From the NCBI GenBank assembly GCA_963776345.1, contig CAVZMH010000022.1:96001-160000 (forward strand): a DNA stretch of 64,000 bases, given 5' to 3'. The notes below the pieces were generated by a model, which saw only the letters and a list, made by a program, of their open reading frames with translations, made no database searches and was not told the DNA's origin. This document shows positions 29,865-39,741 of the stretch, one piece after another. The stretch is from an uncultured delta proteobacterium (lineage in GTDB: Bacteria > Myxococcota > Myxococcia > Myxococcales > Myxococcaceae). The position numbers were made by a program, and so were the translations under genes. Each line of letters begins with the position of its first letter. Within the stretch, counting starts at the first letter, position 1.

Positions 29865-30864
29865 ATGCGTGCAGCGGTCATCGGCCTCGGAGCGTTCGGG
29901 ACGGCGCTGGCCAACACCCTCGCCAGCCGGTGCGACGAAGTCCGGGCCTGGGCGCGAGAGCAGGCGGTGGTGGATGCCATCAACGGTCGCGCGGGAGAAC
30001 CGGACCTATCTCCCGGGCATCCCCGTGTCGCCGAGGGTGCGGGCCACTGTCTCGCTCGAGGAGGCGCTCGCCGGCGCCGAGCTGGTGGTGTTCGCCACCC
30101 CGTCCCACGTCATGCGGGACGTGGTCCGCAAGGCGCTCCCGCATCTGCCCGAGCACGTGCCGCTGCTCACGGTGGCCAAGGGCATCGAGAACGAGACGCT
30201 GATGACCATGACCCAGCTGCTCGAGGACTGCCTCCCGGAGAAGTACCACCCGTCCATCGCCATCCTCTCCGGCCCCTCCTTCGCCAAGGAGATGGCCGCG
30301 GGGATGCCGACGGTGGTCACCGTCGCCTCGCACTTCGAGAAGGTGGCCCAGAAGGTCCAGGCCGCGCTGCAGACCGAGTCGTTCCGGACGTACACCTCCA
30401 TCGACGTCATCGGGGTGGAGATGGGCGGGGCGCTCAAGAACGTCATCGCCATCGCCGCGGGCATGTCGGACGGGCTGGGCTTCGGCCTCAACGCCCGGAG
30501 CGCGCTCATCACCCGGGGGCTCGCGGAGATCAGCCGCATCGCGGTGCGCATGGGCGCCAATCCGCTGACGCTGATGGGGCTGTCCGGCCTCGGTGACCTG
30601 GTGCTCACCTGCACCGGCGACCTGTCGCGGAACCGGCGGGTGGGCATCGAGCTGGGGAAGGGGCGGGCGCTGGACCAGGTGCTCGCGGAGATGACGCAGG
30701 TGGCCGAGGGGGTGAAGACCGCCCGGAGCGCGCGCGACCTTTCCCGGAAGGTCGGCGTGGAGCTCCCCATCTGCGACCAGGTCCATGCCATCATGTACGA
30801 GGGAAAGAGCCCGCGTCGCGCAGTGGTGGAGCTGATGACGCGGGCTCCGAAACGAGAGGACTGA
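29865..30864 (+). CDS. gpsA: NAD(P)H-dependent glycerol-3-phosphate dehydrogenase (frameshift near 29990)
   Basis: [47 protein letters not shown]. Confidence 0.95.
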
Positions 30865-30893
30865 CCGGGGTCCTCCAGAGGAGGGGAGCACAA

Positions 30894-31508
30894 ATGAAGC
30901 GCTGGATGGCGCTGTGCCTGCTCGCGTGTGCGTGCGGGAGTAGCAGCAGCAACCCCACGCCCGATGCCGGGCCCACCCCCGGGAGCGGGACGATCACCGG
31001 AACCGTGAATGGACACGCGCTGACGGTGAAGGATGCGGTCTTCGGCATCTCTCCGGGCACCAACACCGTGAACGTGGTGATGGGCGACCGGACGGATCTC
31101 TGTGCGCTGCTCACCGGGACGACGATTCCCGGGACCACCACGGTGTTCGGCTTCGGCTTGCTCAACCTTTCCACCCCGACGACGCCGGCGGCCGTGGTGG
31201 CGGGGGACTACTCGTATTTCTCCCTGTTCCATCTGACCAACGTCCCCGGCGCGGGGAAGTGGTGGGACGGCGCGTTCGCGGTGGCGACCAGCTGCAGCCC
31301 GACCGGAACCTTCGCCACCGGGGGGACGATGACCGTCACCCAGGTGGGGAGCACCACGACGCACGTCAAGGTGACGCTGACCAACATCACCTTCGGCACC
31401 GACACGTTGAACGGGAGCGTCGAGGCGGTCTACTGCGACATCCTGAAGACGCAGTCGCCGCCCTGCGGCGGCATCTCCCTGCTCGCCCGTCCACCGTCGC
31501 CCGAGTAG
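30894..31508 (+). CDS. Hypothetical lipoprotein
   Basis: MKRWMALCLLACAC lipobox, strong RBS, Thr/Gly-rich. Confidence 0.8.
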   Translation: MKRWMALCLLACACGSSSSNPTPDAGPTPGSGTITGTVNGHALTVKDAVFGISPGTNTVNVVMGDRTDLCALLTGTTIPGTTTVFGFGLLNLSTPTTPAAVVAGDYSYFSLFHLTNVPGAGKWWDGAFAVATSCSPTGTFATGGTMTVTQVGSTTTHVKVTLTNITFGTDTLNGSVEAVYCDILKTQSPPCGGISLLARPPSPE

Positions 31509-31548
31509 CCGCCTGGCCGCGCCCGGCCTCCCGGGCGCCGGACGTGGT

Positions 31549-32619
31549 ATGAGCCAGCCCATGGCTGGGCCGGCTCTTGCCTGGGACGTCGTCGACTACC
31601 CGGAGCCGCACCTCGCGCGGACGAAGGCGCTCCTCGCCGCGCACCCCGAGGCGCGCGCGCTGCTCGGGCGTGACCGGAGCACCGCGTTCTGGGTGGTGGC
31701 CATCGTCGGGCTGCAGATTGCGGTCGCCTGGGCTCTCCGGGCGCAGCCGTGGTGGGTGCTGGTGCCCGCCGCGTACCTCCTGGGCGCGCTGGCGGACCAC
31801 GCGCTCTGGACGCTGATCCACGACTGCACCCACAACCTGGTGTTCCGGAAGACGCGTTGGAACGCCTGGCTGCAGATCCTCGCCAACCTCCCCATCGTCT
31901 TCCCGGCCGCGATCTCCTTCAGGAAGTTCCACATCTTCCACCACCGCTTCCAGGGCGATCCGGAGCTGGATGCGGACCTCGCCTCGCCGCTCGAGGCGCG
32001 TCTGGTGGGGAACGGCACGGTGCGGAAGGCGCTCTGGCTCCTGACGTTCTTCGCCTGGCAGAGCCTTCGCGTGCCCCGGCTGAAGCGGGTGAAGATGTTC
32101 GACGGCTGGTACCTGGCCAACGTGGCGGTCCAGCTGGCGTTCCTCGTCGGGCTGTGGGCCGCGGCTGGCTGGAGGCCGGTGCTCTACCTCACGCTCTCCA
32201 GCATCTTCGCCATCGGCCTCCACCCGGTGGGCGCGCGGTGGATCCAGGAGCACTACCTGACCAGCGGCAAGGCAGGGCAGGAGACCTTCTCGTACTACGG
32301 GCCGCTGAACCTGGTGGCGTTCAACGTCGGCTACCACAACGAGCACCACGATCTGATGACCGTGCCCTGGTCGCGACTGCCGCGGCTGAAGGCGATGGCC
32401 CCCGAGTTCTACGACGGGCTGGTCCACCACCGCTCCTGGACCGCGCTCCTCTTTCGCTTCCTGCTCGACCCCTCGCTCAGCCTCTACAGCCGGCGGGTTC
32501 GCGGGACCGCGGCCACGGTGAGCGAGTCGCGCCCGGCCGACTGGTCGCTCGCCGAGGCCATCCTCTCGTCGGCGTTCGAGGACGCATCGTCGGCCAGCGA
32601 GGAAGCACGCGCGGCCTGA
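31549..32619 (+). CDS. Sphingolipid delta4-desaturase/C4-hydroxylase (DEGS/DES-like) membrane desaturase
   Basis: N-terminal EPHLARTKALLAAHPE, His boxes HDCTH, HIFHH and HNEHH, YYGPLNLVAFNVGYHNEHHD. Confidence 0.85.
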   Translation: MSQPMAGPALAWDVVDYPEPHLARTKALLAAHPEARALLGRDRSTAFWVVAIVGLQIAVAWALRAQPWWVLVPAAYLLGALADHALWTLIHDCTHNLVFRKTRWNAWLQILANLPIVFPAAISFRKFHIFHHRFQGDPELDADLASPLEARLVGNGTVRKALWLLTFFAWQSLRVPRLKRVKMFDGWYLANVAVQLAFLVGLWAAAGWRPVLYLTLSSIFAIGLHPVGARWIQEHYLTSGKAGQETFSYYGPLNLVAFNVGYHNEHHDLMTVPWSRLPRLKAMAPEFYDGLVHHRSWTALLFRFLLDPSLSLYSRRVRGTAATVSESRPADWSLAEAILSSAFEDASSASEEARAA

Positions 32620-32623
32620 CGCC

Positions 32624-32869
32624 TCAGCGCCGTGACAGCGCCTTGAGCTCCTCGTCGTCGAGTTTGGGGAGCGCCCGGACGAAGGCCACCAGGTCCCAGC
32701 GCAGGTCCTCGGGCAACGACCGTTCGAATCCCGGCATGCCGGTGAGCCGGACCCCGTTCGAGACCAGGAAGTAGAGCTCGCCGTCGGTGCGCCCCTGCGT
32801 CTCGGGCTCGCCCAGCCCCGCGGCGCCGACCAGCCCCGCCCCCAGGCGGGCCGCCACCCGGCGTTTCAC
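32624..32869 (-). pseudogene. Internally deleted cytochrome c (no CxxCH)
   Basis: Signal-like start joined directly to TDGELYFLVSNGVRLTGMPGF..WDLVAFVRAL, the C-terminal half of a cytochrome c. Confidence 0.65.
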
Positions 32870-33588
32870 GTCCGGCGCTCCTTGATCAGCGCCGCGAGCG
32901 CCTTGAGGTCTTCCTGGCCCACGTCCGACACCATCCAGTACGCCACGCCGCGGTGGGACCAGCGGCAGACGGTCCATCGCCCGGTCACCGACGGCCGCGG
33001 CTCGCTGTCAGCCTCCGCCGAGCGCCAGGCGAACACGTCCACCAGGTGGCCGCGCACCTGGTACACCGCCGTGGCCACCGGCCGGCCGTCGAGCGCGTCG
33101 ACCCGTGCGCCCCGGAGCGCGAACCCGTCTCCTCCGCCCGCCGGCGCCACGGACCCGGGCAGCCGGGTGGAGAGCCAGCGCGCGATGGCGGCCGGATCGT
33201 CGGAGGCGAGCTCCACGCTGGTGCCCGCGTCGAGGGCACGGGCATGCAGCGCCGCGACCTCGTGCACGATGCCCGAGGTGCGCCCGGGGACCAGCATCAG
33301 CGCCACCAGCGCCGCGACCGCCATCACCCCCACGACGCCCATGGCGAAGACGCGCCGCCGGCGCGCGCGCACCCCGCGCGTCACCCGGATCAGCGCCGAC
33401 TCCGCCTCGCTCGCGCTGCCCTTGGCGGACTGGAGGAGACGTCGCAGCGCCCGGAGCGTCTCCAGCTCACGGCGGCAGGCGGCGCACTGCTCCAGATGGG
33501 CCTCGACCTCCAGTGAGCCCTCCAGCGAGAGCTCGCCGTCGAGGTAGGCGTGCAGCGCTCCGCGAGGATGTTCGTCGAAGGGATTCAT
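32866..33588 (-). CDS. zf-HC2 transmembrane anti-sigma factor
   Basis: AYLDGEL..HLEQCAAC, TM segment, YWMVSD C-terminal motif. Confidence 0.9.
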   Translation of the reverse strand: MNPFDEHPRGALHAYLDGELSLEGSLEVEAHLEQCAACRRELETLRALRRLLQSAKGSASEAESALIRVTRGVRARRRRVFAMGVVGVMAVAALVALMLVPGRTSGIVHEVAALHARALDAGTSVELASDDPAAIARWLSTRLPGSVAPAGGGDGFALRGARVDALDGRPVATAVYQVRGHLVDVFAWRSAEADSEPRPSVTGRWTVCRWSHRGVAYWMVSDVGQEDLKALAALIKERRT

Positions 33589-34107
33589 CAGTTCTTGCTC
33601 CGCGGGTCGCCCACCAGTTCCCTCACCAGCTGCGCGCGAGCACGCGACAGCCGCGACATCACCGTGCCGATGGGCACGCCGAGGATGCTCGCGATCTCCC
33701 GGTAGCTGCACTCCTCCATCTCCCGGAGCACCAGCACCTCGCGGTGGAGGGCCGGGGAGGCGGTCCAGGGCCGCGTGCACCTCGTTCGCGTCACAGGTCT
33801 CCAGCAACCGCGCCTCGGGCGACGGCAGCGGGTCCGGCTCGTTCTCCAGCGCCGGCTCGAGGTCGCCCGGGTCGTCGCGCTCGCGCTTGCGCCAGAGCGT
33901 GAAGCTGACGTTCCGGACGATGGACAGCAGCCAGGCGCGCGGGCTCTCACCGGAGAAGCCACGGAAGTGCCGGAAGGCCCGGAGGAACGAATCCTGAAGC
34001 ACGTCCTGGGCGTCGGCCTCGTTGCGGACCAGGGTCCGTGCCAGACGCAGCGCCGCCGCGGCGTGGGGCCGGGCGAACTGCTCGAATTCCCGAGAATCGT
34101 CGCTCAC
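33588..34107 (-). CDS. ECF sigma factor (frameshift near 33755)
   Basis: [18 protein letters not shown]; region 4 [24 protein letters not shown] is in a second frame. Confidence 0.9.
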
Positions 34108-34222
34108 GCCTGGTCAGGACTCCGCGACCGCGAGATTCATTCCAGCGCCGGCCACGGAATAGCGCGCCGGGTGGACCGAGTCTCGTCGCCACACACGGGT
34201 CACGACACAGGAGTGGTCACCA

Positions 34223-35119
34223 ATGCACATCGATCGACGGGAGCTCTTGAAGCTCCTCGGCCTGGGCGGGGTCGTCCTCGGCTCGGGACTCCCCGGGTTC
34301 TCCCTGGCTGCAACCGGCGGGAAGAAGCCCGAGGACTTCTTCTTCCTCCAGCTCTCGGACACGCACTGGGGGTTCAGTGGCCCGCCCAACCCCGAGGCGG
34401 ACCGGACGCTGAAGGAGGTGGTGCAGGCGGTGAACGCCTCGAAGGCCAGGCCCGACTTCGTGGTCTTCACCGGGGACCTGACCCACACCACCGACGACGA
34501 CGCGCTCCGCAGGAAGCGAATGGCGGAGTTCAAGGCCATCGTCTCCGAGCTGCACGTCCCCAAGACCTTCTTCCTCCCCGGCGAGCACGACGCCTCGCTG
34601 GACAAGGGGCAGGCGTACCAGGAGCACTTCGGCGTGCTGCACCAGAGCTTCGAGCACAAGGGCGTCCACTTCGTCGCCCTGGACAACGTGTCCGACCCCT
34701 CGGGGGCGGTCGGAGACACGCAGATCGACTGGCTGAAGGCGGAGCTGGGGAAGCTCGACCGCGACGCGCCGATCGTCGTCCTCGCCCACCGGCCGCTCTT
34801 CGACCTGTTCCCCCAGTGGGACTGGGCGACCGCCGACGGGGCGAAGGTGCTCTCGGTGCTCGAGCCCTACCGCCACCTCACGGTGTTCTACGGGCACATC
34901 CACCAGGAGAACCACCGGACCACCGGGCACATCGCGCATCACTCGGCGAAGTCGCTGATGTTCCCGCTGCCCGCGCCGGGAAGCGTCCCCAAGCGGGCGC
35001 CGGTCCCGTGGGATGCGCAGCACCCCGGCCGCGGGCTCGGCTACCGCGAGGTGGACGTGCGCGGGAAGTCGCGCGAGCTCGGCGTCGAGGAGTACGACGT
35101 GCACGGGGCGCGGGTGTGA
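34223..35119 (+). CDS. Tat-exported metallophosphoesterase (CpdA/Icc-like)
   Basis: DRRELLK, SDTH, TGD, GEHD, AHRP, GHIH. Confidence 0.9.
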   Translation: MHIDRRELLKLLGLGGVVLGSGLPGFSLAATGGKKPEDFFFLQLSDTHWGFSGPPNPEADRTLKEVVQAVNASKARPDFVVFTGDLTHTTDDDALRRKRMAEFKAIVSELHVPKTFFLPGEHDASLDKGQAYQEHFGVLHQSFEHKGVHFVALDNVSDPSGAVGDTQIDWLKAELGKLDRDAPIVVLAHRPLFDLFPQWDWATADGAKVLSVLEPYRHLTVFYGHIHQENHRTTGHIAHHSAKSLMFPLPAPGSVPKRAPVPWDAQHPGRGLGYREVDVRGKSRELGVEEYDVHGARV

Positions 35120-35458
35120 AGGCGCTGGTCACCGCACTGGCCCTGGTCTTCCTCGCCGGCGCCGACCGCCGCGCGGGCGGCGCCGAGAGTCATCCAGATC
35201 ACGGCGAGGAAGTTCGAGTTCTCGCCGGCGGAGATCCACCTCAGGCGCGGCGAGCACGTGGTGCTGGAGCTCACCTCGCTGGACCGGAAGCACGGGTTCA
35301 AGCTGCCCGAGCTGGGTATCCGGGCCGACGTGCCTGCGGGCGGAACGACACGCGTCGAGGTGACGCCGGAGAAGGCCGGCCGCTTCTCGTTCGCCTGTGA
35401 CGTGTTCTGCGGCGACGGGCACGACGACATGGCGGGGACCCTCGTCGTCGACCCCTGA
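35116..35458 (+). CDS. Cupredoxin with CuA-type motif (frameshift near 35165)
   Basis: Signal peptide, KFEFSP, HGF, CDVFCGDGHDDM. Confidence 0.8.
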
Positions 35459-35631
35459 GCCTCCCTCGGGCAGCGGCGAAGGATTCTTCCAGCTTCGCCG
35501 CAAGGCACGTCTTCCCGGAAGCTCACGACCGCGCCTGGGGCCGAGGACCCCCGGACTTTCTCCTTTCCTTCCGCCCGCTCCCTCTTGTCTCATCGTTGCA
35601 TCAGCCATCGGGCTGAAAAGGGAGAGAACGA

Positions 35632-35982
35632 ATGCGCGGAAAGGCACTGGGAGTGACGCTGTTGCTGCTGGGTGGCGTGGGCTGCGGATCGAGCTCCGGA
35701 GGCGGCTCGGACTGCGACAAGGTGGTGAAGGGCTACAACGATTACGCCAGCAAGGTGTCGGCCTGCGGCGTCACCCTTCCCATCGGGAGCATGACCACGG
35801 CCCAGTGCGACCAGGCCTTCAGCGGTAGCGGGTGCACGGCCGCGGACAAGACCCTGTACGGGGACTTCGGGACCTGCCTCAGCAACCTGCCGGCCTGCAG
35901 CTCCAGCAACACGCAGCCGTTCATCGACGCGGTGACCGTCTGCACCGACAAGCTGAACGGCCTCTCGAGCACCTGCCAGTGA
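35632..35982 (+). CDS. Small Cys-rich lipoprotein
   Basis: GGVGC lipobox and 8 further Cys. Confidence 0.75.
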   Translation: MRGKALGVTLLLLGGVGCGSSSGGGSDCDKVVKGYNDYASKVSACGVTLPIGSMTTAQCDQAFSGSGCTAADKTLYGDFGTCLSNLPACSSSNTQPFIDAVTVCTDKLNGLSSTCQ

Positions 35983-36172
35983 CGCGGGGCTGAGCGGGCC
36001 CGAGCCGCGAGGCGACGCACCTCCCGTGCGATCGCCTCGCGCTCACCGCCTTCCCGGTGGAACGACCGGGGTTGTCCCTACGTGCAGGGTGCCCTTCTTC
36101 CCTTGACCGCGCCGTTGTCCCTGGGCCACAGGCCGTCGGCGCGCGGACGCGCCGACGAGGGGAGCTCGAACG

Positions 36173-37042
36173 ATGAAGCGGATCATCTCGTGGGTGGCGG
36201 GCCTGTGTCTCGTCGCCCTGGTGGGGTGTAGCGAGGACCTCGGGCCGGTGACCGCGGCCTGGAACCAGCTCTCGCAGACGGTGACCGCGAAGATCGCCGC
36301 GTTCAAGAGCCAGTACGCCAGCCTGCAGGCGGCGGTGAAGGCTCTCCCGGCGGCTGCCGACGCCGATTCGGCCGGGAAGGCGCTGAAGGCCAAGGTGGAT
36401 CAGGCGCTCGCCACCCACGGCCAGAGCCTGGGCGCGCTCGACTCGTTGCTCTCCACGGCGAAGGGTTCCTTCGACGAGGCGGTGAAGGGCGGAAAGATCG
36501 TCGACGTGCAGAAGGTGATCGACGAGACGAAGACCCGGTTCGATCAGCTCTCGACCAGCCTGACCGGCTCGGCGGCGGGCGTGACCGGCCTCATCGACCA
36601 GTACCGGAAGCACGCCGCGGAGATGGCCAAGCCGGTGGACACCGACTTCACCGATCTCGACTTCAAGGCCGGGACGGCGCAGTTCCTCTTCACCCATCCA
36701 AGCAGCAAGGCGACGCTGGAGAAGCTCGTGGCCTACATGAAGAGCTGCCCGGAGCTGGTGGTGGACCTGGTGGGCCACACCTCGAACGAGGGCTCGGATG
36801 CGAAGAACGTCAAGCTGAGCATCGACCGGGCCAAGGCGGTCAAGCAGTACCTGGTGACCAAGGCCGGCGTGGAGGCGAAGACGTTCCGGGAGGTCACCGG
36901 CGTCGGCGATCGGCAGAACGTCGTGCCCGAGCCGGCGCCCGGCAGCCCCGAGGCCAAGAAGATGGGCGCCAAGGCGCTCGAGGAGATCCGCAGGAAGAAC
37001 CGTCGGATCACCGTGCATCCCGTCACGCCCTGCCCGAAGTAG
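36173..37042 (+). CDS. OmpA-domain lipoprotein
   Basis: ALVGC lipobox, helical N-region, GHTS..NVKLSIDRAKAV..KNRRI. Confidence 0.85.
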   Translation: MKRIISWVAGLCLVALVGCSEDLGPVTAAWNQLSQTVTAKIAAFKSQYASLQAAVKALPAAADADSAGKALKAKVDQALATHGQSLGALDSLLSTAKGSFDEAVKGGKIVDVQKVIDETKTRFDQLSTSLTGSAAGVTGLIDQYRKHAAEMAKPVDTDFTDLDFKAGTAQFLFTHPSSKATLEKLVAYMKSCPELVVDLVGHTSNEGSDAKNVKLSIDRAKAVKQYLVTKAGVEAKTFREVTGVGDRQNVVPEPAPGSPEAKKMGAKALEEIRRKNRRITVHPVTPCPK

Positions 37043-37147
37043 CGCCGAGTGAGTCCACGGAGCGTCATCGCGGTCGCGCTGTTACCCTTGGCAGCGGGCG
37101 TCAGCAGCAGCAGCTGAGCTTCGGGGCGGTTCGCCCCGTTGTCGGGC

Positions 37148-38488
37148 TCAGCCGGTGCGCGTCGCCGGTGGCGGGGCGGGCGCCGCGGGGGCCTCGCCGT
37201 GGTCCGGCTTGCCGGTGGGCAGCCCCACGCCTCGGATGGAGGCGTCGAGGATCTCCACCGGGTGCGCCGCGTGGAGGGTGGTCCCCTTCGCCTCGAGCAG
37301 CCGCTGGATGTGCAGCGTGCAGCCAGGGTTGGCCGAGGCGAGCAGGTCGGCGCGGGTGCGGAGCACGGCCGAGACCTTGCGCGTCCCCACCTCGTCCGCG
37401 CTCTCCGGCTGGAACAGGTTGTAGGTGCCGGCGCTGCCGCAGCACTGCTCGCCGTCCGCCACGTCCACCAGCTCGAGCCCGGGGATGCCCCGGAGCAGCA
37501 TCCGGGGCTGGCTCCGGATGCCCTGCCCGTGCGCGAGGTGGCAGGCGTCGTGGTACGCGACGCGCGCCGCGATGGGGTGACGCACCGCCCGCGGAGGACC
37601 GAGCGCGACGAGGAACTCGTGCACGTCCTTCACCTTCGCCGAGAAGGCTCGGGCCCGCTCCGCCCACGCCGGGTCGTTCCGGAACAGCCGGCCGTAGTCC
37701 TTGAGGTGCGAGCCGCAGCCGGCCGCGTTGATGATGATCGCGTCCACCGGCGTGCGCTCGAAGCGCTCGATGAGCGCCCGCGCGAAGCGCAGCGACTCCT
37801 CGTCGCGCCCGGAGTGCATCGACAGCGCCCCGCAGCAGCCCTGCCCCGGAGGGACCTGGACCTCGCATCCCTCGGCGGCGAGCACCCGCAGCGTGGCGTC
37901 GTTCACCCCGGGGAAGAACACCCGCTGCACGCAGCCTGCGACCAGGCCCACCCGCGCCCGCGCCGGACCGACCGCCGGGACCCGCCCGGGCAGCGCTCGG
38001 GTCAGCTCCTTCCAGCTCACCTCCGGCGTGAGCGCCTCCATCTGCCGGAGGTTCGCCGGGAGGAGCCGGAGGAGGCCGCTCCGGCGCACCAGCCACCGGA
38101 GCCCGCTCCGGGCGTACAGGAGCAGGAGCGCACCGATGACCCGGAGGCGCCCGGGGTGCGGGAAGACGGAGAAGACCATCCCGCGGAACAGCCGCTCGCG
38201 CAGCGGGCGGCGGTGGGTGTGCTCCAGCTTCGCCCGCGTCTCCTCGATGAGGATGTCGTACTTCACGCCGGAGGGGCAGGCGGTCACGCATGCCAGGCAT
38301 CCGAGGCACCGGTCGAAGTGGGACGCCACGGTGGGGGTCATCGAAATCTTCCCCTCCCGCAGCCCGCGCATCAGGTCGATCCGGCCGCGGGGGCTGTCCA
38401 TCTCCTCGCCCCAGCTCAGGTAGGTCGGGCAATGCGGAAGGCAGAAGCCGCAGTGCACGCAATCCTCGACCAGGTCCCGCTCCGCCAT
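37148..38488 (-). CDS. glcF: Glycolate oxidase iron-sulfur subunit
   Basis: CVHCGFCLPHCP, CLGCLACVTACP, two CCG domains. Confidence 0.9.
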   Translation of the reverse strand: MAERDLVEDCVHCGFCLPHCPTYLSWGEEMDSPRGRIDLMRGLREGKISMTPTVASHFDRCLGCLACVTACPSGVKYDILIEETRAKLEHTHRRPLRERLFRGMVFSVFPHPGRLRVIGALLLLYARSGLRWLVRRSGLLRLLPANLRQMEALTPEVSWKELTRALPGRVPAVGPARARVGLVAGCVQRVFFPGVNDATLRVLAAEGCEVQVPPGQGCCGALSMHSGRDEESLRFARALIERFERTPVDAIIINAAGCGSHLKDYGRLFRNDPAWAERARAFSAKVKDVHEFLVALGPPRAVRHPIAARVAYHDACHLAHGQGIRSQPRMLLRGIPGLELVDVADGEQCCGSAGTYNLFQPESADEVGTRKVSAVLRTRADLLASANPGCTLHIQRLLEAKGTTLHAAHPVEILDASIRGVGLPTGKPDHGEAPAAPAPPPATRTG

Positions 38489-38499
38489 CCCGAGGCCCC

Positions 38500-39741
38500 C
38501 TAGAGTCCGCCCACGAACCGCCCGGGCGCGAGCCGCCGTCCCGGGTCCAGCCGGTCCTTCATCTGCACCATCAGCGGCAGGGCCGCCGGCGGCGGTCCCC
38601 ACACGTCCACGCCGGCCCGCACCTCCGGCGGGGCGGCGTGCAGCACCACGCTCCCGTGCGGCAGCGCCTCCCGGGCGGCGTTCACCGCCGCCACCACCGG
38701 CGCGGCGGCGCGCACGTCGCCGGAGATGAAGGCCAGCCCGAGCACCGGGTAACAGACGGCGCGCGGATGCTCGAGCACCGGGAAGAGCGAGCCGAGCGCC
38801 GCGTTGGCCACCCGCTCCAGCTCCATCGGCTGCGCGGCCAGCTTGGCGCGGAACGCGGCCGTCGACTCGCGCGCGCGGTCGTGCCGGGCCCAGAACGCGC
38901 GGGCGGCGTCGGGTCCGAGCGGCTCCGCGCCCCAGCCCTGGCGCGTGCCCAGCTCGACGAGCTTCTCCGTCTGCTGCCGCACCCCGGCCTCGAACCCCTC
39001 GAAGCGGACGCCCAGCTCGAACCGCCCGTCGAAGCGGACCCCGAGGTCGTCCCCGCCCTCGTGCACCAGCGCCGCCACCGCGCCCGGCTCGAGCTGGGCC
39101 TGCCGGAGCGCGAGCATCACCCGCCGGACGCCGTCGGCGTCGAGGTCGGCGAAGAGCACCGTCGCCTGCGCCTCGGGCAACGGGTGCAACCGGAAGGTGA
39201 CGGTGGCGATGAGCCCCAGCGTGCCGAGCGAGCCCACCATCAGCTTGGGCACGTCGAACCCGGCGACGTTCTTCACCACCTTGCCCCCGCCCCGGGCCTC
39301 GGTGCCGTCGGCCCGGACGATGGAGATGCCGATGATCAGGTCGCGGATGCTGCCGTAGCGCGTCCGCCGCGGCCCGAAGGCGTTGGTCGCCACCAGCCCG
39401 CCGATCGTCGCCCGGGCGGCCCACGGCGGGTCGAGGGCCAGCATCTGGCCGGAGCGGGCGAGAGAATCCTGAAGCGCCGCGAGCCGGACCCCCGCCTCCA
39501 CGGTGACGATCTGGTCCAGCGGCGCGTGCTCGACGATGCGCTCCAGCCGCTCGGTGCCGAGCACCACCTCCACCCCTGCCGGGGGCGCGCCGATCGACAG
39601 CTCGGTGCCGCCTCCCAGGAAGAGGACTCGCGCGTTCTCCTTCTCCGCGCGGCGGAGGACCTCGGTCGCCTCGGCGAGCGTGCCGGGGCGCTCCTGCCGC
39701 GCCGAGGCCAGCGCGTCGAGGCTCGCCGCGACCACGCTCAT
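38500..39741 (-). CDS. glcE: Glycolate oxidase FAD subunit
   Basis: GGKVVKNVAGFD, GSLGTLG, APGRF. Confidence 0.88.
   Translation of the reverse strand: MSVVAASLDALASARQERPGTLAEATEVLRRAEKENARVLFLGGGTELSIGAPPAGVEVVLGTERLERIVEHAPLDQIVTVEAGVRLAALQDSLARSGQMLALDPPWAARATIGGLVATNAFGPRRTRYGSIRDLIIGISIVRADGTEARGGGKVVKNVAGFDVPKLMVGSLGTLGLIATVTFRLHPLPEAQATVLFADLDADGVRRVMLALRQAQLEPGAVAALVHEGGDDLGVRFDGRFELGVRFEGFEAGVRQQTEKLVELGTRQGWGAEPLGPDAARAFWARHDRARESTAAFRAKLAAQPMELERVANAALGSLFPVLEHPRAVCYPVLGLAFISGDVRAAAPVVAAVNAAREALPHGSVVLHAAPPEVRAGVDVWGPPPAALPLMVQMKDRLDPGRRLAPGRFVGGL

Noticed and set aside
32866..34107. Apparent sigma/anti-sigma fusion
   Set aside because: Frameshift artefact; sigma region 4 ends at TGA 33588-33590, overlapping the anti-sigma ATG
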